This document shows positions 1 through 8,769 of a stretch of DNA of 64,000 nt, one piece after another. The position numbers and the translations under genes are program-made. Within the stretch, counting starts at the first letter, position 1. Each line of letters opens with the position of its first letter. Origin of the DNA: Candidatus Phycocordibacter aenigmaticus (GTDB lineage Bacteria; Patescibacteriota; Minisyncoccia; Phycocordibacterales; Phycocordibacteraceae); assembly GCA_045401115.1 (NCBI GenBank), contig CP174359.1, positions 50,117 through 114,116 of the forward strand. The letters run 5' to 3'. The notes beneath the pieces were generated by a model. The model saw only the letters and a list, made by a program, of their open reading frames with translations. It made no database searches and was not told the origin of the DNA.

Positions 1-886
1 GCTGCAGTGTATCCGCTGTGGTGAGCATAAGATTGGAAGCAGTAAAGAGGCGTTCGGTTACCGGCGCGGTAAGATAGCGCAGTGTTTCGTGCAGGTGCAG
101 TGCGACTGGTTTTTGCGCTTGTGTGCTGATAAGACGCGTCACTTCAACAAAAACACGCATTAACGGTTTCATACGTGTTGGGAAAATACGAATATGAGAA
201 AAATCAATGACCACTATTTTTCCTTTGAGCGTCTCGCTGAGAGTAAATTTGGATTCAGACTGCCCGAGGAGGTTACGCACGAGGGTATCCTGCGCGACGT
301 AGCGTCCGTCATTGTCAAACTGTTCGGATACCTGCGGATACTTTTCAAGAAGGCTATTAAAAAATGCCAATTCTTTCTCGTCGTCTTTGAAAAAATCTTC
401 ACGCGCACGTTCATTAGTAACGAGCGTGTAGGGAGTGATAAGTGTGGCGTCAGGACGCGTGCGTATCAGTTTTGCAACATACGTCATGAACTCGTTCCCT
501 TTTATGTTGTAGAGTTCACACAAGAGTGTGAGCACTGCTTCGTCCGCCTCTTTAGTGGGAAGTGTGCAGACATCGTCAAGTACATTCCAACTAAACGGGT
601 ACTCTGCGCTTGCCGGGTCAAGAAAAATAATATCGTCGGTGCGCTCTGGATCGATACGTTCAAGGAACGACTGCGCAGCGCCGTCAGCAGCGGTGAAAAA
701 AAGTGTGCCGTGCCCGGCGTCAATGTCTTGCAGCGCCATGTTGATGAGCAATGCTGTTTTATCGGCAGCAGCACTACCGAGCACACAAACACCGCGTGTG
801 CGGTCATGGTTTTTGATACCAAATTGAACTGAACGTTCTTTGAGCGTGGTTGAGCCAAGGTAGGTTATTTGACCACTAGTATCCAT
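1..886 (-). CDS. Partial (5' portion in window) P-loop NTPase resembling type IV coupling proteins (VirD4/TraG/TraD-like); continues beyond window start
   Basis: ATG at 884-886 on the minus strand, open to position 1. Translation MDTSGQITYLGSTTLKERSVQFGIKNHDRTRGVCVLGSAAADKTALLINMALQDIDAGHGTLFF...YPFSWNVLDD matches the h.hv.G.TGSGKS...DP.gE...y.FNPL pattern of TraG/VirD4 proteins, but Walker A is degenerate (GSAAADKT). The listed + strand ORF 194..832 is its antisense. Confidence 0.4.
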   Translation of the reverse strand, partial: MDTSGQITYLGSTTLKERSVQFGIKNHDRTRGVCVLGSAAADKTALLINMALQDIDAGHGTLFFTAADGAAQSFLERIDPERTDDIIFLDPASAEYPFSWNVLDDVCTLPTKEADEAVLTLLCELYNIKGNEFMTYVAKLIRTRPDATLITPYTLVTNERAREDFFKDDEKELAFFNSLLEKYPQVSEQFDNDGRYVAQDTLVRNLLGQSESKFTLSETLKGKIVVIDFSHIRIFPTRMKPLMRVFVEVTRLISTQAQKPVALHLHETLRYLTAPVTERLFTASNLMLTTADTLQ

Positions 887-1042
887 ACACCTTAGCTTAC
901 CGCTTTTGCCCTTCTTGCGCCAATGGTTAGAGAAAAACCTTTGTTTCTTTCCTGGAGCGAGGACGGTCCTCGCTCCAGGAAGGTGTAGTGAGGGACTATG
1001 GCGGTTTCTTGCTTTTTATTTTTCATGCGGCATAATCAAAAT

Positions 1043-1273
1043 ATGGAAAAGAAACCAACACCGCGCCCATGGGTTACGTGGCCACCAGCACTCATCGCAG
1101 GGGCAGCTGCAAGTGCCGCTGAAGGAACATTCGATATGATCCCAGAGCATCCCAACCCAGAGGCTCACCTTATGGATGAGACACTTCTTGGTTTAGGAGT
1201 ATTCGGGATTGTGTTATTGGCAGCACTTCTCTATGAAATAAAAAACGCTGACAAGCGACGGATTAAAGGCTAA
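1043..1273 (+). CDS. Hypothetical small membrane protein (C-terminal TM helix)
   Basis: ORF 998..1273 with internal ATG at 1043 (MEKKPTPRPW...). Hydrophobic C-terminal segment LLGLGVFGIVLLAALLY, followed by a palindromic terminator at 1297-1324. Confidence 0.3.
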   Translation: MEKKPTPRPWVTWPPALIAGAAASAAEGTFDMIPEHPNPEAHLMDETLLGLGVFGIVLLAALLYEIKNADKRRIKG

Positions 1274-1296
1274 CGGCGAGCCATGATAAGTAATAC

Positions 1297-1324
1297 AAAA
1301 CTACAGCGCACGCTGTAGTTTTTA
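1297..1324. terminator. Palindromic hairpin aaaactacagcgcacgctgtagtttt; second copy at 1749-1778
   Basis: Perfect inverted repeat ctacagcg/cgctgtag flanked by A and T runs. The two copies bracket the small ORF 1400..1702. Confidence 0.5.
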
Positions 1325-1399
1325 TGTATGGGTGGTGTTATGGGAGAAAAATAATGAGTTGACTTTATTTAAAAAAATGGTATTATACGTATAGAGTAT

Positions 1400-1702
1400 A
1401 TGGACCATGAAGCACATAGAGAGTTCAACTACGGCTTGAAAGGGGCTATTGCCGGCTTGGCGTTTGGTGGTGGCGCATCTTTCAGCGCAGCCACTGTTGA
1501 AAATAGGTTTAATTTTTTTGAGTCTGTTGAATTTGATAGTGCTGAAATGTTGGTAATCACATCCGTGGGTGCCTTGCTGATGGCCGGTATAGGAGGTTTA
1601 GGGGGTATTAAATACGCCACCACAAGAGAAGCGAAGATGCGAGAACTTGAACAACACATAAAAGATATGGAGATGCAGGGAGATATGGAAAAGGGGTTTT
1701 AA
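1400..1702 (+). CDS. Hypothetical small Gly-rich membrane protein
   Basis: 100-aa ORF with Gly-rich hydrophobic segments, bracketed by the two copies of the ctacagcgNcgctgtag terminator hairpin. Confidence 0.35.
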   Translation: MDHEAHREFNYGLKGAIAGLAFGGGASFSAATVENRFNFFESVEFDSAEMLVITSVGALLMAGIGGLGGIKYATTREAKMRELEQHIKDMEMQGDMEKGF

Positions 1703-1801
1703 AATGAACACAAACAGTGACCGCGAATCTTTCTTTGCGGTGCATATTAAAAAACTACAGCGTGCGCTGTAGTTTTTTAATGAGTGTATGTGGTGTGTAT
1801 G

Positions 1802-3163
1802 TTATTCCAAGCCACGTAGGTATGCCTCAACGTTTTCGTATTTGTTTGCTGGATCCCAGAAAAACCAGCTAGTGAGCCCAGCGTCGTAGGTTGCTTGGAT
1901 TTGTGCCGCGATGTCTTCCGGGCGGTAGTCTTTACCGTAATCAAAGTCTTGGAGCCATGGGCGCATCTTGCGTACGTCATAGGATTCTTTGGTATACATG
2001 CCAGTCGGCACGTTACGCGTCGTGGTTGCGACAATGAGTTCCCCACTTTCGCTATATTGTGCAGGGATTATTTCTTCTTTGAGAATAGGCTCTCCATCAA
2101 GCGTGCGTACTGAGGTTTCGGTGGCAGCAGTACGTTCTGCTGCTTTTTTCATAGATGTGTACACTACTTTATAGGGGTCGTTGTTTGGATTACTCAGCCC
2201 CGCAAAACCACTGTTGTAGTGTGAGGGATACACCATTGGTGCAATGTAATCAAAGTATGGCAGTGCGCGTTCAAGCTGTTGACCGATGCCGAGGTCGTCG
2301 GAAAGCACGGTGACGTAACCGAAAAGGTCTGCTGACATCGCTACCCCAAGTGGTGACACTTCGGCGTGGAGATATTTAAAGAATTCCTCGAGTGCCTCGG
2401 CTTTATTGTCGTTTACATACGACGCGTCTTTCATAGGTCCGTCTGATGGGTAGCGTACGTAGTCGTAGTTGAGTTCATCAAAACCAACTGCGTAGGATTC
2501 TTTTGAAAGTTGCACGATGTAGTCCCAGAATGGCTTGCTGGATACATCAACAAAAGAAAGTCCTTTGTTGTCTTCCCATGGTTCGCCGGGGCGGCTGACA
2601 CTTTGCACTGCCTGCGCTGGGTACTGTGCGGAATAGAATGGGTCTTGGAATACGGTAATGCGCCCGATGACGTAAATGCCCTTTTCATGCAGACGCTCTA
2701 TAAAACTTGCCATGTCGCGCGCACCACAACTGACAAGAGATGCGTCAGCAAAACGTTCGTCTTGTGTCGGAAATGCGATAGTGCCAGAATAATCTTTTAT
2801 ATCAATAACCACTGCATTAAGCGGAGTGGTTTCAATGAGTGTCACCAGATTATCACGAAAACTCGGTGTACCGACAACACACTGACTCATGTAAATGGCA
2901 TACATAGGTTCGGGTGTATCTACATGTGCAGTAGAAGGATATTGTGGGTCTTCCACCACAGGCTTTTTATCTTCATGTGTGACTGATTCTGTATCGGTTG
3001 ATTCACCGACATGCCATTGACCAGGAGTACTTAATGCAAAAAAGCCTGCCGCACTTAGACAGACTGCTACTGCTGCAACACCAAAAAATTGTTCACGCTT
3101 CAGTGGTCGTTTGCTCATATGCTTGCGCGCCATTTTCAGTATAGGCATCAGTTTGGAAATCAC
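1802..3163 (-). CDS. Membrane-anchored putative glycoside hydrolase-like TIM-barrel protein (GHL10/DUF4015-like)
   Basis: 453-aa ORF with an N-terminal TM (FFGVAAVAVCLSAAGFFAL). Motifs NYDYVRYPSDG and FWDP are typical of the hypothetical glycosyl-hydrolase-like family. True start may be an internal Met (MARKH/MSKRP). Confidence 0.5.
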   Translation of the reverse strand: MISKLMPILKMARKHMSKRPLKREQFFGVAAVAVCLSAAGFFALSTPGQWHVGESTDTESVTHEDKKPVVEDPQYPSTAHVDTPEPMYAIYMSQCVVGTPSFRDNLVTLIETTPLNAVVIDIKDYSGTIAFPTQDERFADASLVSCGARDMASFIERLHEKGIYVIGRITVFQDPFYSAQYPAQAVQSVSRPGEPWEDNKGLSFVDVSSKPFWDYIVQLSKESYAVGFDELNYDYVRYPSDGPMKDASYVNDNKAEALEEFFKYLHAEVSPLGVAMSADLFGYVTVLSDDLGIGQQLERALPYFDYIAPMVYPSHYNSGFAGLSNPNNDPYKVVYTSMKKAAERTAATETSVRTLDGEPILKEEIIPAQYSESGELIVATTTRNVPTGMYTKESYDVRKMRPWLQDFDYGKDYRPEDIAAQIQATYDAGLTSWFFWDPANKYENVEAYLRGLE

Positions 3164-3368
3164 CCTTTAGGGCACGCACCAACCAACGACGCTCTTCTCG
3201 TACTAAGAAACCAAGCCCCATAGTGGCAATACCAAGGACCACAGCGAGGGTTGTTTTAAATACTAGCGGTACTCCTAAGAATGGGAGGAACGTAAGAATT
3301 AGTCCGAATAAAATAATGAGACCCGCTTTTGACATAACGTTATTATACCCTAGAGTAGGACGAAACAA
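3093..3368 (-). CDS. Hypothetical small membrane protein
   Basis: 91-aa ORF with two hydrophobic helices (LIILFGLILTFLPFLGVPLVF; VVLGIATMGLGFLV). Overlaps the 5' end of the neighbouring ORF only if that ORF uses its most upstream Met. Confidence 0.35.
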   Translation of the reverse strand: MFRPTLGYNNVMSKAGLIILFGLILTFLPFLGVPLVFKTTLAVVLGIATMGLGFLVREERRWLVRALKGDFQTDAYTENGAQAYEQTTTEA

Positions 3369-3440
3369 AGTGGATAGGCTCGGAATGAGCGGCGGCGGGA
3401 TGCCGAGTTAGTGTGGTCAACACCCGGGTGTTGACCATAC

Positions 3441-4118
3441 TTAGCGTGGGCCGAGGATGACGACCAGCTCCCCTTTTTCAAGTATTTCGCCATCGGTGAA
3501 TTGTGCGTGGAGTTCTGAGATAGTGCCGCGGTAGTGGGTTTCGTGCATTTTGGTGATTTCGCGGAAGATGGTGGCAGAGCGGTCAGGGGTACGTTCGACC
3601 AGTTCGCCGAGAAGCTTGCCGATGCGGTGTGGTGATTCAAATAGTGCCACTGTGCGCTTCATGTCGGTAATTTCATTCAGCTGTGTCTGTCGCCCTTTTT
3701 TATGCGGGAGAAAACCCATAAACACGAATTCGTTCGTAGGAAAGCCGGACACTGACAGCGCAGCGGCAAGCGAGGAGGCGCCGGGGATTGGTTCGATGCG
3801 AGTGTCGGGAAGTGCTTCGAGAACGCGTGCGATGAGTTCGTTACCAGGGTCGGCAATGCCGGGCGTGCCGGCGTCGGTGACGAGGGCGAGTGTCTTCCCT
3901 TCGGTAAGGAGTGTGATAATTTGTTCGGCTACTTTGTCGGAGCTCTGTTGGTGGTAGCTTTTTAGTTTGGCACTGATAGTGTGGCGCGCAAGTAGTTTGC
4001 CGGTGACACGGGTGTCTTCGGCGAGGACGACATCCGCCTCGCTGAGCACACGCAGCGCGCGTAGAGTGATGTCTTCCATGTTGCCTATTGGTGTGGCAAC
4101 CACGTATAAAGTCCCCAT
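3441..4118 (-). CDS. rsmI: 16S rRNA (cytidine1402-2'-O)-methyltransferase RsmI
   Basis: LYVVATPIGN...DITLRA...VLAEDTR...TDAGTPGISDPG-type tetrapyrrole-methylase-fold motifs across the full length. Confidence 0.85.
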   Translation of the reverse strand: MGTLYVVATPIGNMEDITLRALRVLSEADVVLAEDTRVTGKLLARHTISAKLKSYHQQSSDKVAEQIITLLTEGKTLALVTDAGTPGIADPGNELIARVLEALPDTRIEPIPGASSLAAALSVSGFPTNEFVFMGFLPHKKGRQTQLNEITDMKRTVALFESPHRIGKLLGELVERTPDRSATIFREITKMHETHYRGTISELHAQFTDGEILEKGELVVILGPR

Positions 4119-4119
4119 A

Positions 4120-5412
4120 CTATTTCACTAACGCGTCAGCTATTTTATAAATATCGCCGGCGCCCATGGTGAGGATGAGCGTGTCCGGGGTGTCGAGGGT
4201 ACGCAGTGCTGACTCAATGTCTTCAAGTGACTCGTAAGGTTCCGCCTGAGTACCAGCAGCGGTTATTTTCTCGGCGAGTACGGCGCTGGTGACGCCTTCA
4301 ATTGGTGCTTCGCGCGCGGGGAAAATGGGCGCGATGAGCACGCGATCGGCAGCAGTGAATGCTTCGGTGAACTGTTCCATAAAATCGCGCGTGCGGGTGT
4401 AGAGGTGTGGGTGGAACGCCACGACAATTTGTGTGTCGGGGAATTTTTTACGGACTGCCTCGAGGGTAACGCGTATTTCCGTGGGGTGATGCGCGTAGTC
4501 GTCGTAGATGGCGGCGCCGCCAGGCGCCGCGCCTTTGTGTTCAAACCGCCGCCAAGAGCCTTGGAACGTAGCAACGCTTTCGTAGAGCGCATCCTCGTCA
4601 AGAGATGAAGCGAATGCTTTAGCCGCAGCAATGGCAGCCTGCGCATTGGCAACGTTGAAGTCGCCAAGGAGCGCAAGCTTCGGTGGGATTACGTCGCTGT
4701 AATCAATCACGCGGCAGGGCGCGTGATCGGCAAGTTCCGCTCCAACTTCGCTCTTGAGGTTGACGATAAGTGCGCCGTCTGCGGGGAGGCGCTCGACCGC
4801 CGTGCGAAAGCTTTGCTTGAGTTGTTCAAAAGTGGTGAAGTAGTCGGTGTGTTCCCATTCAAGGTTAGTGACTACCAAAATGTGCGGCGCCAGCTTCAAC
4901 ATGTGGTCACGGTACTCACATGCCTCAACCACAAAAGGACTTCCGAGTTCACCGGTGCCCGGCACAAAATTTGAATCAAAATCTTTTACGAGTGAGCCCA
5001 CAACTACTGTAGGGTTTCGCCCAGCATCACTGAGCATTTTAGCGAGCATCGCGGTGGTGGTGGTTTTCCCATGACTGCCGGCAACAGCTATGGTGTACTC
5101 TCCGCGCGATACGTCACCAAGTGCTTCGAAGTATGACTGTTCAGAGATGCCACGGTCGTGCGCAGCTGTGCGCTCTGAATCTTCTTCTGGTACGGCGTCT
5201 GAGTATACAAGGAGGTCTACGTCTTCTGGGAGGTTTTCAGCAGCGTGGCCGATAGTGACGGTAATTCCCTTTTTCTTCAGTAGTTCGGTGACAGGAGACG
5301 CACTGCGGTCAGAACCTGAGACTGCTACGCCACGCGTGTGGTACAGCTGAGCGAGTGCGCTCATGCCGATGCCGCCGATGCCGACCATGTGTACTTTTTT
5401 CGGTAGATTCAT
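4120..5412 (-). CDS. murC: UDP-N-acetylmuramate--L-alanine ligase MurC
   Basis: HMVGIGGIGMSALAQ (N-terminal dinucleotide-binding motif), GSHGKTTTTAM (P-loop) and DDYAHHPTE are Mur ligase signatures, and gene order is murC-murI-murD. Confidence 0.9.
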   Translation of the reverse strand: MNLPKKVHMVGIGGIGMSALAQLYHTRGVAVSGSDRSASPVTELLKKKGITVTIGHAAENLPEDVDLLVYSDAVPEEDSERTAAHDRGISEQSYFEALGDVSRGEYTIAVAGSHGKTTTTAMLAKMLSDAGRNPTVVVGSLVKDFDSNFVPGTGELGSPFVVEACEYRDHMLKLAPHILVVTNLEWEHTDYFTTFEQLKQSFRTAVERLPADGALIVNLKSEVGAELADHAPCRVIDYSDVIPPKLALLGDFNVANAQAAIAAAKAFASSLDEDALYESVATFQGSWRRFEHKGAAPGGAAIYDDYAHHPTEIRVTLEAVRKKFPDTQIVVAFHPHLYTRTRDFMEQFTEAFTAADRVLIAPIFPAREAPIEGVTSAVLAEKITAAGTQAEPYESLEDIESALRTLDTPDTLILTMGAGDIYKIADALVK

Positions 5413-5419
5413 ACTGCCT

Positions 5420-6184
5420 TTACTCTACCACCTTCAATGAAAAATCAGTATCAGGAAAGAGTGTAGCGACTGTGTGGCGGAATACCGGCGTATCTTTGCT
5501 GACAAAAAAATGAGTGCGTCCCTCGCCTACTTCCTGCCGTTCCCAGAGCTCTGCGGCGCGTTCGGCAACTGCTTGTGCAGGATCGTAGAGTGAGAGGCGC
5601 GGGAAAAGTTCTTTAAATAGTGGGAGGATAAGCGGATAGTGAGTGCATGCAAGAATAAGCATGTCGTAGTGTTCTAGAGACACTTCGGAAAATGCCTGGG
5701 TGATAAGTGAGCGAAGTGTGGTGTCTTCAGCATCGTTTTCTATTGCCCCGGCAAGACCTGGCACCGATACAACATCAACTGAAGCGCCTATCATGTGGAA
5801 TGCGTTTTGGTAGATATGCGATGCAACGGTTGCCGGAGTTGCACATATAAGTGTACGGTTGGTATTAGTAGATCCCCCGACGGCGCGCGTGGTGGGACCG
5901 ACCATTTCAATTACGTGACCCGGTTCGATTGAGAGTGTGTCATAGAGCGAGAGCGTGAGCGATGCGGACACGCTGTTACACGCGCTGATGATTTTGGTCG
6001 CACCTTGTTCGTGCAGAAAGCGTATCGAGTGCATGGTACGCGCGGCGATTGCTTCGCGAGACTGTTCGCCATAGGGCGCGTGCGTGGTGTCGCCAAAGTA
6101 GATCACATCGGCGCTCGGTACTATTTCGCGGAGCGCTTTGAGTACGGTAAGACCGCCAACGCCTGAATCAAAAATACCGATCAT
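5420..6184 (-). CDS. murI: Glutamate racemase MurI
   Basis: IGIFDSGVGGLTV, CNS and ACTHYP motifs with the two catalytic Cys. The 4-nt ATGA overlap with the murD stop indicates an operon. Confidence 0.9.
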   Translation of the reverse strand: MIGIFDSGVGGLTVLKALREIVPSADVIYFGDTTHAPYGEQSREAIAARTMHSIRFLHEQGATKIISACNSVSASLTLSLYDTLSIEPGHVIEMVGPTTRAVGGSTNTNRTLICATPATVASHIYQNAFHMIGASVDVVSVPGLAGAIENDAEDTTLRSLITQAFSEVSLEHYDMLILACTHYPLILPLFKELFPRLSLYDPAQAVAERAAELWERQEVGEGRTHFFVSKDTPVFRHTVATLFPDTDFSLKVVE

Positions 6185-7515
6185 AGAGCGCGCACAAGAG
6201 TGGTGAACTGATCTCCTCTATCAAACTCGTTAGTGAACATACCGAAGGATGCGAAGGCGGGGCTGAAAAGAATAGTGTCGCCCGGTTCGGCTGCGGCGTA
6301 TGCTTCATTCACTGCACTTTCAAGGGTGTTGTGGAGTGTCGCGTCGGTGTCTTGCGGGAGAATGCGCTCCGTGCCGGAGCCCGCCAGATACACCACGCGC
6401 TTGGTATAGCGCGGGAGCGCTTCGGTGAGCGCGCTCATGGAAAGGCCTTTGTCTGAGCCGCCTATGATCAAAATGACGGACGTCGGACGTCCGTCATGTG
6501 GGACGGTAAGGGTGTGGAGGGCGGCGAGGGTCGCTTCGGGGGTGGTGGCGGTCGTGTCGTTGTAGAATGCTATGCCGTTTATTTCACGAATACATTCGAG
6601 GCGGCCTGGCACACCGGCGAAGTCGGCAAGCGCTTGAACGCTGAGTGCATCGTCAACCCCTGCCGCGCGCGCGGCGTTGAGTGCGCAGGCAGCGTTTGCG
6701 CGGTTATGTTCACCAGGCACTTTGAGTTGGAGGTTTTCCGGTAGTGTGTCCGTAGGTGCCACTGCGCGTTTTGCGATAATAGCGTTGTCGTAATGCTCGG
6801 TGAGGAGTGGTGCTACTTGTTCACTCATTACCAACGTGTCGTCCGGCGTTTGATGGAGGAAAATCTGCGCTTTATCGGCAAGATACGCGTCCATGTTGCT
6901 TTGGTAGTAGTCCATGTGGTCGGGGAAAAAACTGGTGAAGACTGCGATATGCGGACTCACCTGCGCGGCACCAAAACCCCAGCACTGCCATGAGTCGAGT
7001 TCCATAAGCGCGATGCTTTTTTCCGTTACCTGAGGGAGCAACGCGAGTGTGGAGACGCCGCGCACGTTGCCGCCAAGGAGTACCTCTTTTCCTGCTGCCT
7101 GCAAGATGTCATACAACATATGTGTGACGGTGCTTTTCCCACGTGTTCCAGTAACACCAATAACCGGGATGTTTGCCAACTCGGCAAACCAACTGGCGCT
7201 CATTTTTATCGGAGTCCCCTCTTTTTGTGCTTCTTGTATATACGGTGAGTCCACCGGCACGTTCGGTCCTTTTAAAATGAAGTCCCGGTTTTGGAAATCC
7301 TCTAGACGGTGTTCACCGAGGGTGTAGGTTATGTGTGGAAATTGTTTTAGTTTTTCAAGTGACGGCGCGAGGGCGTCGGCGTCTTTCAGGTCGGTGACAA
7401 TAAGGTCAGCGCCGTGTTCAGCAAGGAATGCGACATCCCCCACTCCACGTCCGAGAAGGCCCAAACCCACCACGGTTATCTTTTTTCCTTTAATTATGTC
7501 CTGCCAGTTTTGCAT
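6181..7515 (-). CDS. murD: UDP-N-acetylmuramoylalanine--D-glutamate ligase MurD
   Basis: KITVVGLGLLGRG (Rossmann), GVTGTRGKSTVT (P-loop) and C-terminal Mur ligase domain. SD-like AAAGAGGTG lies upstream. Confidence 0.9.
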   Translation of the reverse strand: MQNWQDIIKGKKITVVGLGLLGRGVGDVAFLAEHGADLIVTDLKDADALAPSLEKLKQFPHITYTLGEHRLEDFQNRDFILKGPNVPVDSPYIQEAQKEGTPIKMSASWFAELANIPVIGVTGTRGKSTVTHMLYDILQAAGKEVLLGGNVRGVSTLALLPQVTEKSIALMELDSWQCWGFGAAQVSPHIAVFTSFFPDHMDYYQSNMDAYLADKAQIFLHQTPDDTLVMSEQVAPLLTEHYDNAIIAKRAVAPTDTLPENLQLKVPGEHNRANAACALNAARAAGVDDALSVQALADFAGVPGRLECIREINGIAFYNDTTATTPEATLAALHTLTVPHDGRPTSVILIIGGSDKGLSMSALTEALPRYTKRVVYLAGSGTERILPQDTDATLHNTLESAVNEAYAAAEPGDTILFSPAFASFGMFTNEFDRGDQFTTLVRAL

Positions 7516-7590
7516 GGATTCATTCTACCGCACCTCTTTCAGGGCCCGAAATAAGTCTTATGGGAACGTATAATTGCGAAATATACTCCT

Positions 7591-7908
7591 TTGAACTATA
7601 GTGAAGACATGAATGAAAGTGTTGAGAGTTTTGCAGCGGAGCACCCAGCGGCGCTGGCCCTCCTTATAGGAGCTGGTGCATTGGCAGCTGTTTTTGGATA
7701 CCGCGCATGGCAACAAAAAAAGAGACTGATAAAAACGTTACAAAACTTCAAGGACGCCTCGAAGACATTCTTCATAATGCTGGGTGTGGTAACCGGTGCG
7801 TGTACACTCAGGAAGAACAGGAAGCGGCTGCGGCAGAGCGTTGGGGCAAAAAAACATAGCACTCACTTCGTGGTGTTAAGAACAGAATTGATACACAATT
7901 TATACTAA
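7591..7908 (+). CDS. Hypothetical small membrane protein
   Basis: 105-aa ORF with hydrophobic segment ALALLIGAGALAAVF; no recognisable family. Confidence 0.3.
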   Translation: MNYSEDMNESVESFAAEHPAALALLIGAGALAAVFGYRAWQQKKRLIKTLQNFKDASKTFFIMLGVVTGACTLRKNRKRLRQSVGAKKHSTHFVVLRTELIHNLY

Positions 7909-7918
7909 ACGTAACGAT

Positions 7919-8092
7919 ATGACTATAGATAATCCAGAGAGAATCCCGGAGCCGGGTAGTATGCCGATAGAAAACTTTATTGAGTGGCATATTGTTGAGA
8001 ACCTTGACCATATTGCGCTCGCACTCATTTTAGCGGCGGCGGGAGTGTCAGGATATCTCATGGCACGAAGGAATTTTAGAGAATAATAGGCG
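7919..8092 (+). CDS. Hypothetical 57-aa protein with C-terminal TM anchor (below the ORF-track size cutoff)
   Basis: ATG at 7919; translation MTIDNPERIPEPGSMPIENFIEWHIVENLDHIALALILAAAGVSGYLMARRNFRE ends at TAA 8090-8092. Same tail-anchored layout as the small ORF 8196..8387 on the opposite strand. Confidence 0.25.
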
Positions 8093-8112
8093 CTACTACC
8101 TTCGCGTCCACT

Positions 8113-8137
8113 AAACGGCTCACCCTGGTGAGCCGTT
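8113..8137. terminator. Conserved-stem hairpin aaacggctca-N6-tgagccgtt (repeat family, copy 1 of 6)
   Basis: Identical 10-bp stem AAACGGCTCA/TGAGCCGTTT also at 37694, 40726, 53698, 53729 (variant) and 58171, each with a different 6-nt loop. Confidence 0.55.
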
Positions 8138-8195
8138 CTTTTATAGTGTTTAATGTGCGGTGCGGTACCGTACCGCACATGTACGTGTTTTTCTA

Positions 8196-8387
8196 TTATT
8201 TCTTGTGGAGATTGTTGAAGTGGCGCATGAGGAGCGCGACCGTAATGACTGATGCGAGCGTGGCAACGACAAGAGAGCCTGAGAGAAGTAGTGCGAGACC
8301 TTCTGGACTGAGGTCGCCCTCGCCATTAGAAATCAGGCGTTCGATCTTTTCAGATAGAGATGACGGGGCGTTCTCCATATATACCAA
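8196..8387 (-). CDS. Hypothetical small tail-anchored membrane protein
   Basis: 63-aa ORF (MENAPSSLSEKIERL... then hydrophobic LALLLSGSLVVATLASVITVALL); likely start at the internal Met. Confidence 0.35.
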   Translation of the reverse strand: MVYMENAPSSLSEKIERLISNGEGDLSPEGLALLLSGSLVVATLASVITVALLMRHFNNLHKK

Positions 8388-8592
8388 TTATACTGTACTG
8401 CTTTTAGCGTGATAGCGCTAGACTACATTATGATTCTTTGTGCGACTACTTGGAATCTCACTACTCACCCTCGATAAACTCGGGCTGCGCTCATAGAACC
8501 TTCGGTTCTATGTCGGCCTGCGGCCTAACTCCTCCATGGGGGAACACCCAGTTCCCCCATCGCCCCCTCTGGTCCGAGCCCTGCGTAGCACC

Positions 8593-8630
8593 CATATGTA
8601 AACATCCCTAAAAAGGGATGTTTACATATG
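8593..8630. terminator. Perfect 16-bp-stem hairpin catatgtaaacatccc-taaaaa-gggatgtttacatatg abutting the tRNA 3' end
   Basis: Perfect palindrome lying immediately 3' of the CCA end of the minus-strand tRNA-Ile. Confidence 0.5.
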
Positions 8631-8705
8631 GTGCGACTACTTGGACTCGAACCAAGGACCTCAGTCTTATCAGGACTGCGCTCTAACCAGCTGAGCTATA
8701 GTCGC
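8629..8705 (-). tRNA. tRNA-Ile (anticodon GAT), CCA encoded
   Basis: Reverse complement folds as GCGACTA-TA-GCTC-AGCTGGTTA-GAGC-G-CAGTC-CTGATAA-GACTG-AGGTC-CTTGG-TTCGAGT-CCAAG-TAGTCGC-A-CCA. All four stems are Watson-Crick and the anticodon loop is CTGATAA. Confidence 0.9.
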
Positions 8706-8769
8706 AAGTAGGACAATACTAGCAAAAATACGAGTAAAGGAAAAGGCGCCACGAATACGACTGATATCG

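Noticed and set aside
194-832. 212-aa + strand ORF in the ORF track
   Set aside because: It is the antisense frame of a much better minus-strand ORF (886 to position 1) with recognisable ATPase motifs, and its translation is low-complexity with no family features.
8437-8600. Possible second tRNA or tRNA pseudogene sharing the tRNA-Ile 3' end
   Set aside because: Only the 16-nt acceptor/T-arm-proximal sequence is repeated. No T-stem partner (CTTGG), no anticodon arm and no CCA, so it does not fold as a tRNA. It is kept as a finding (att-like repeat or ncRNA) instead.
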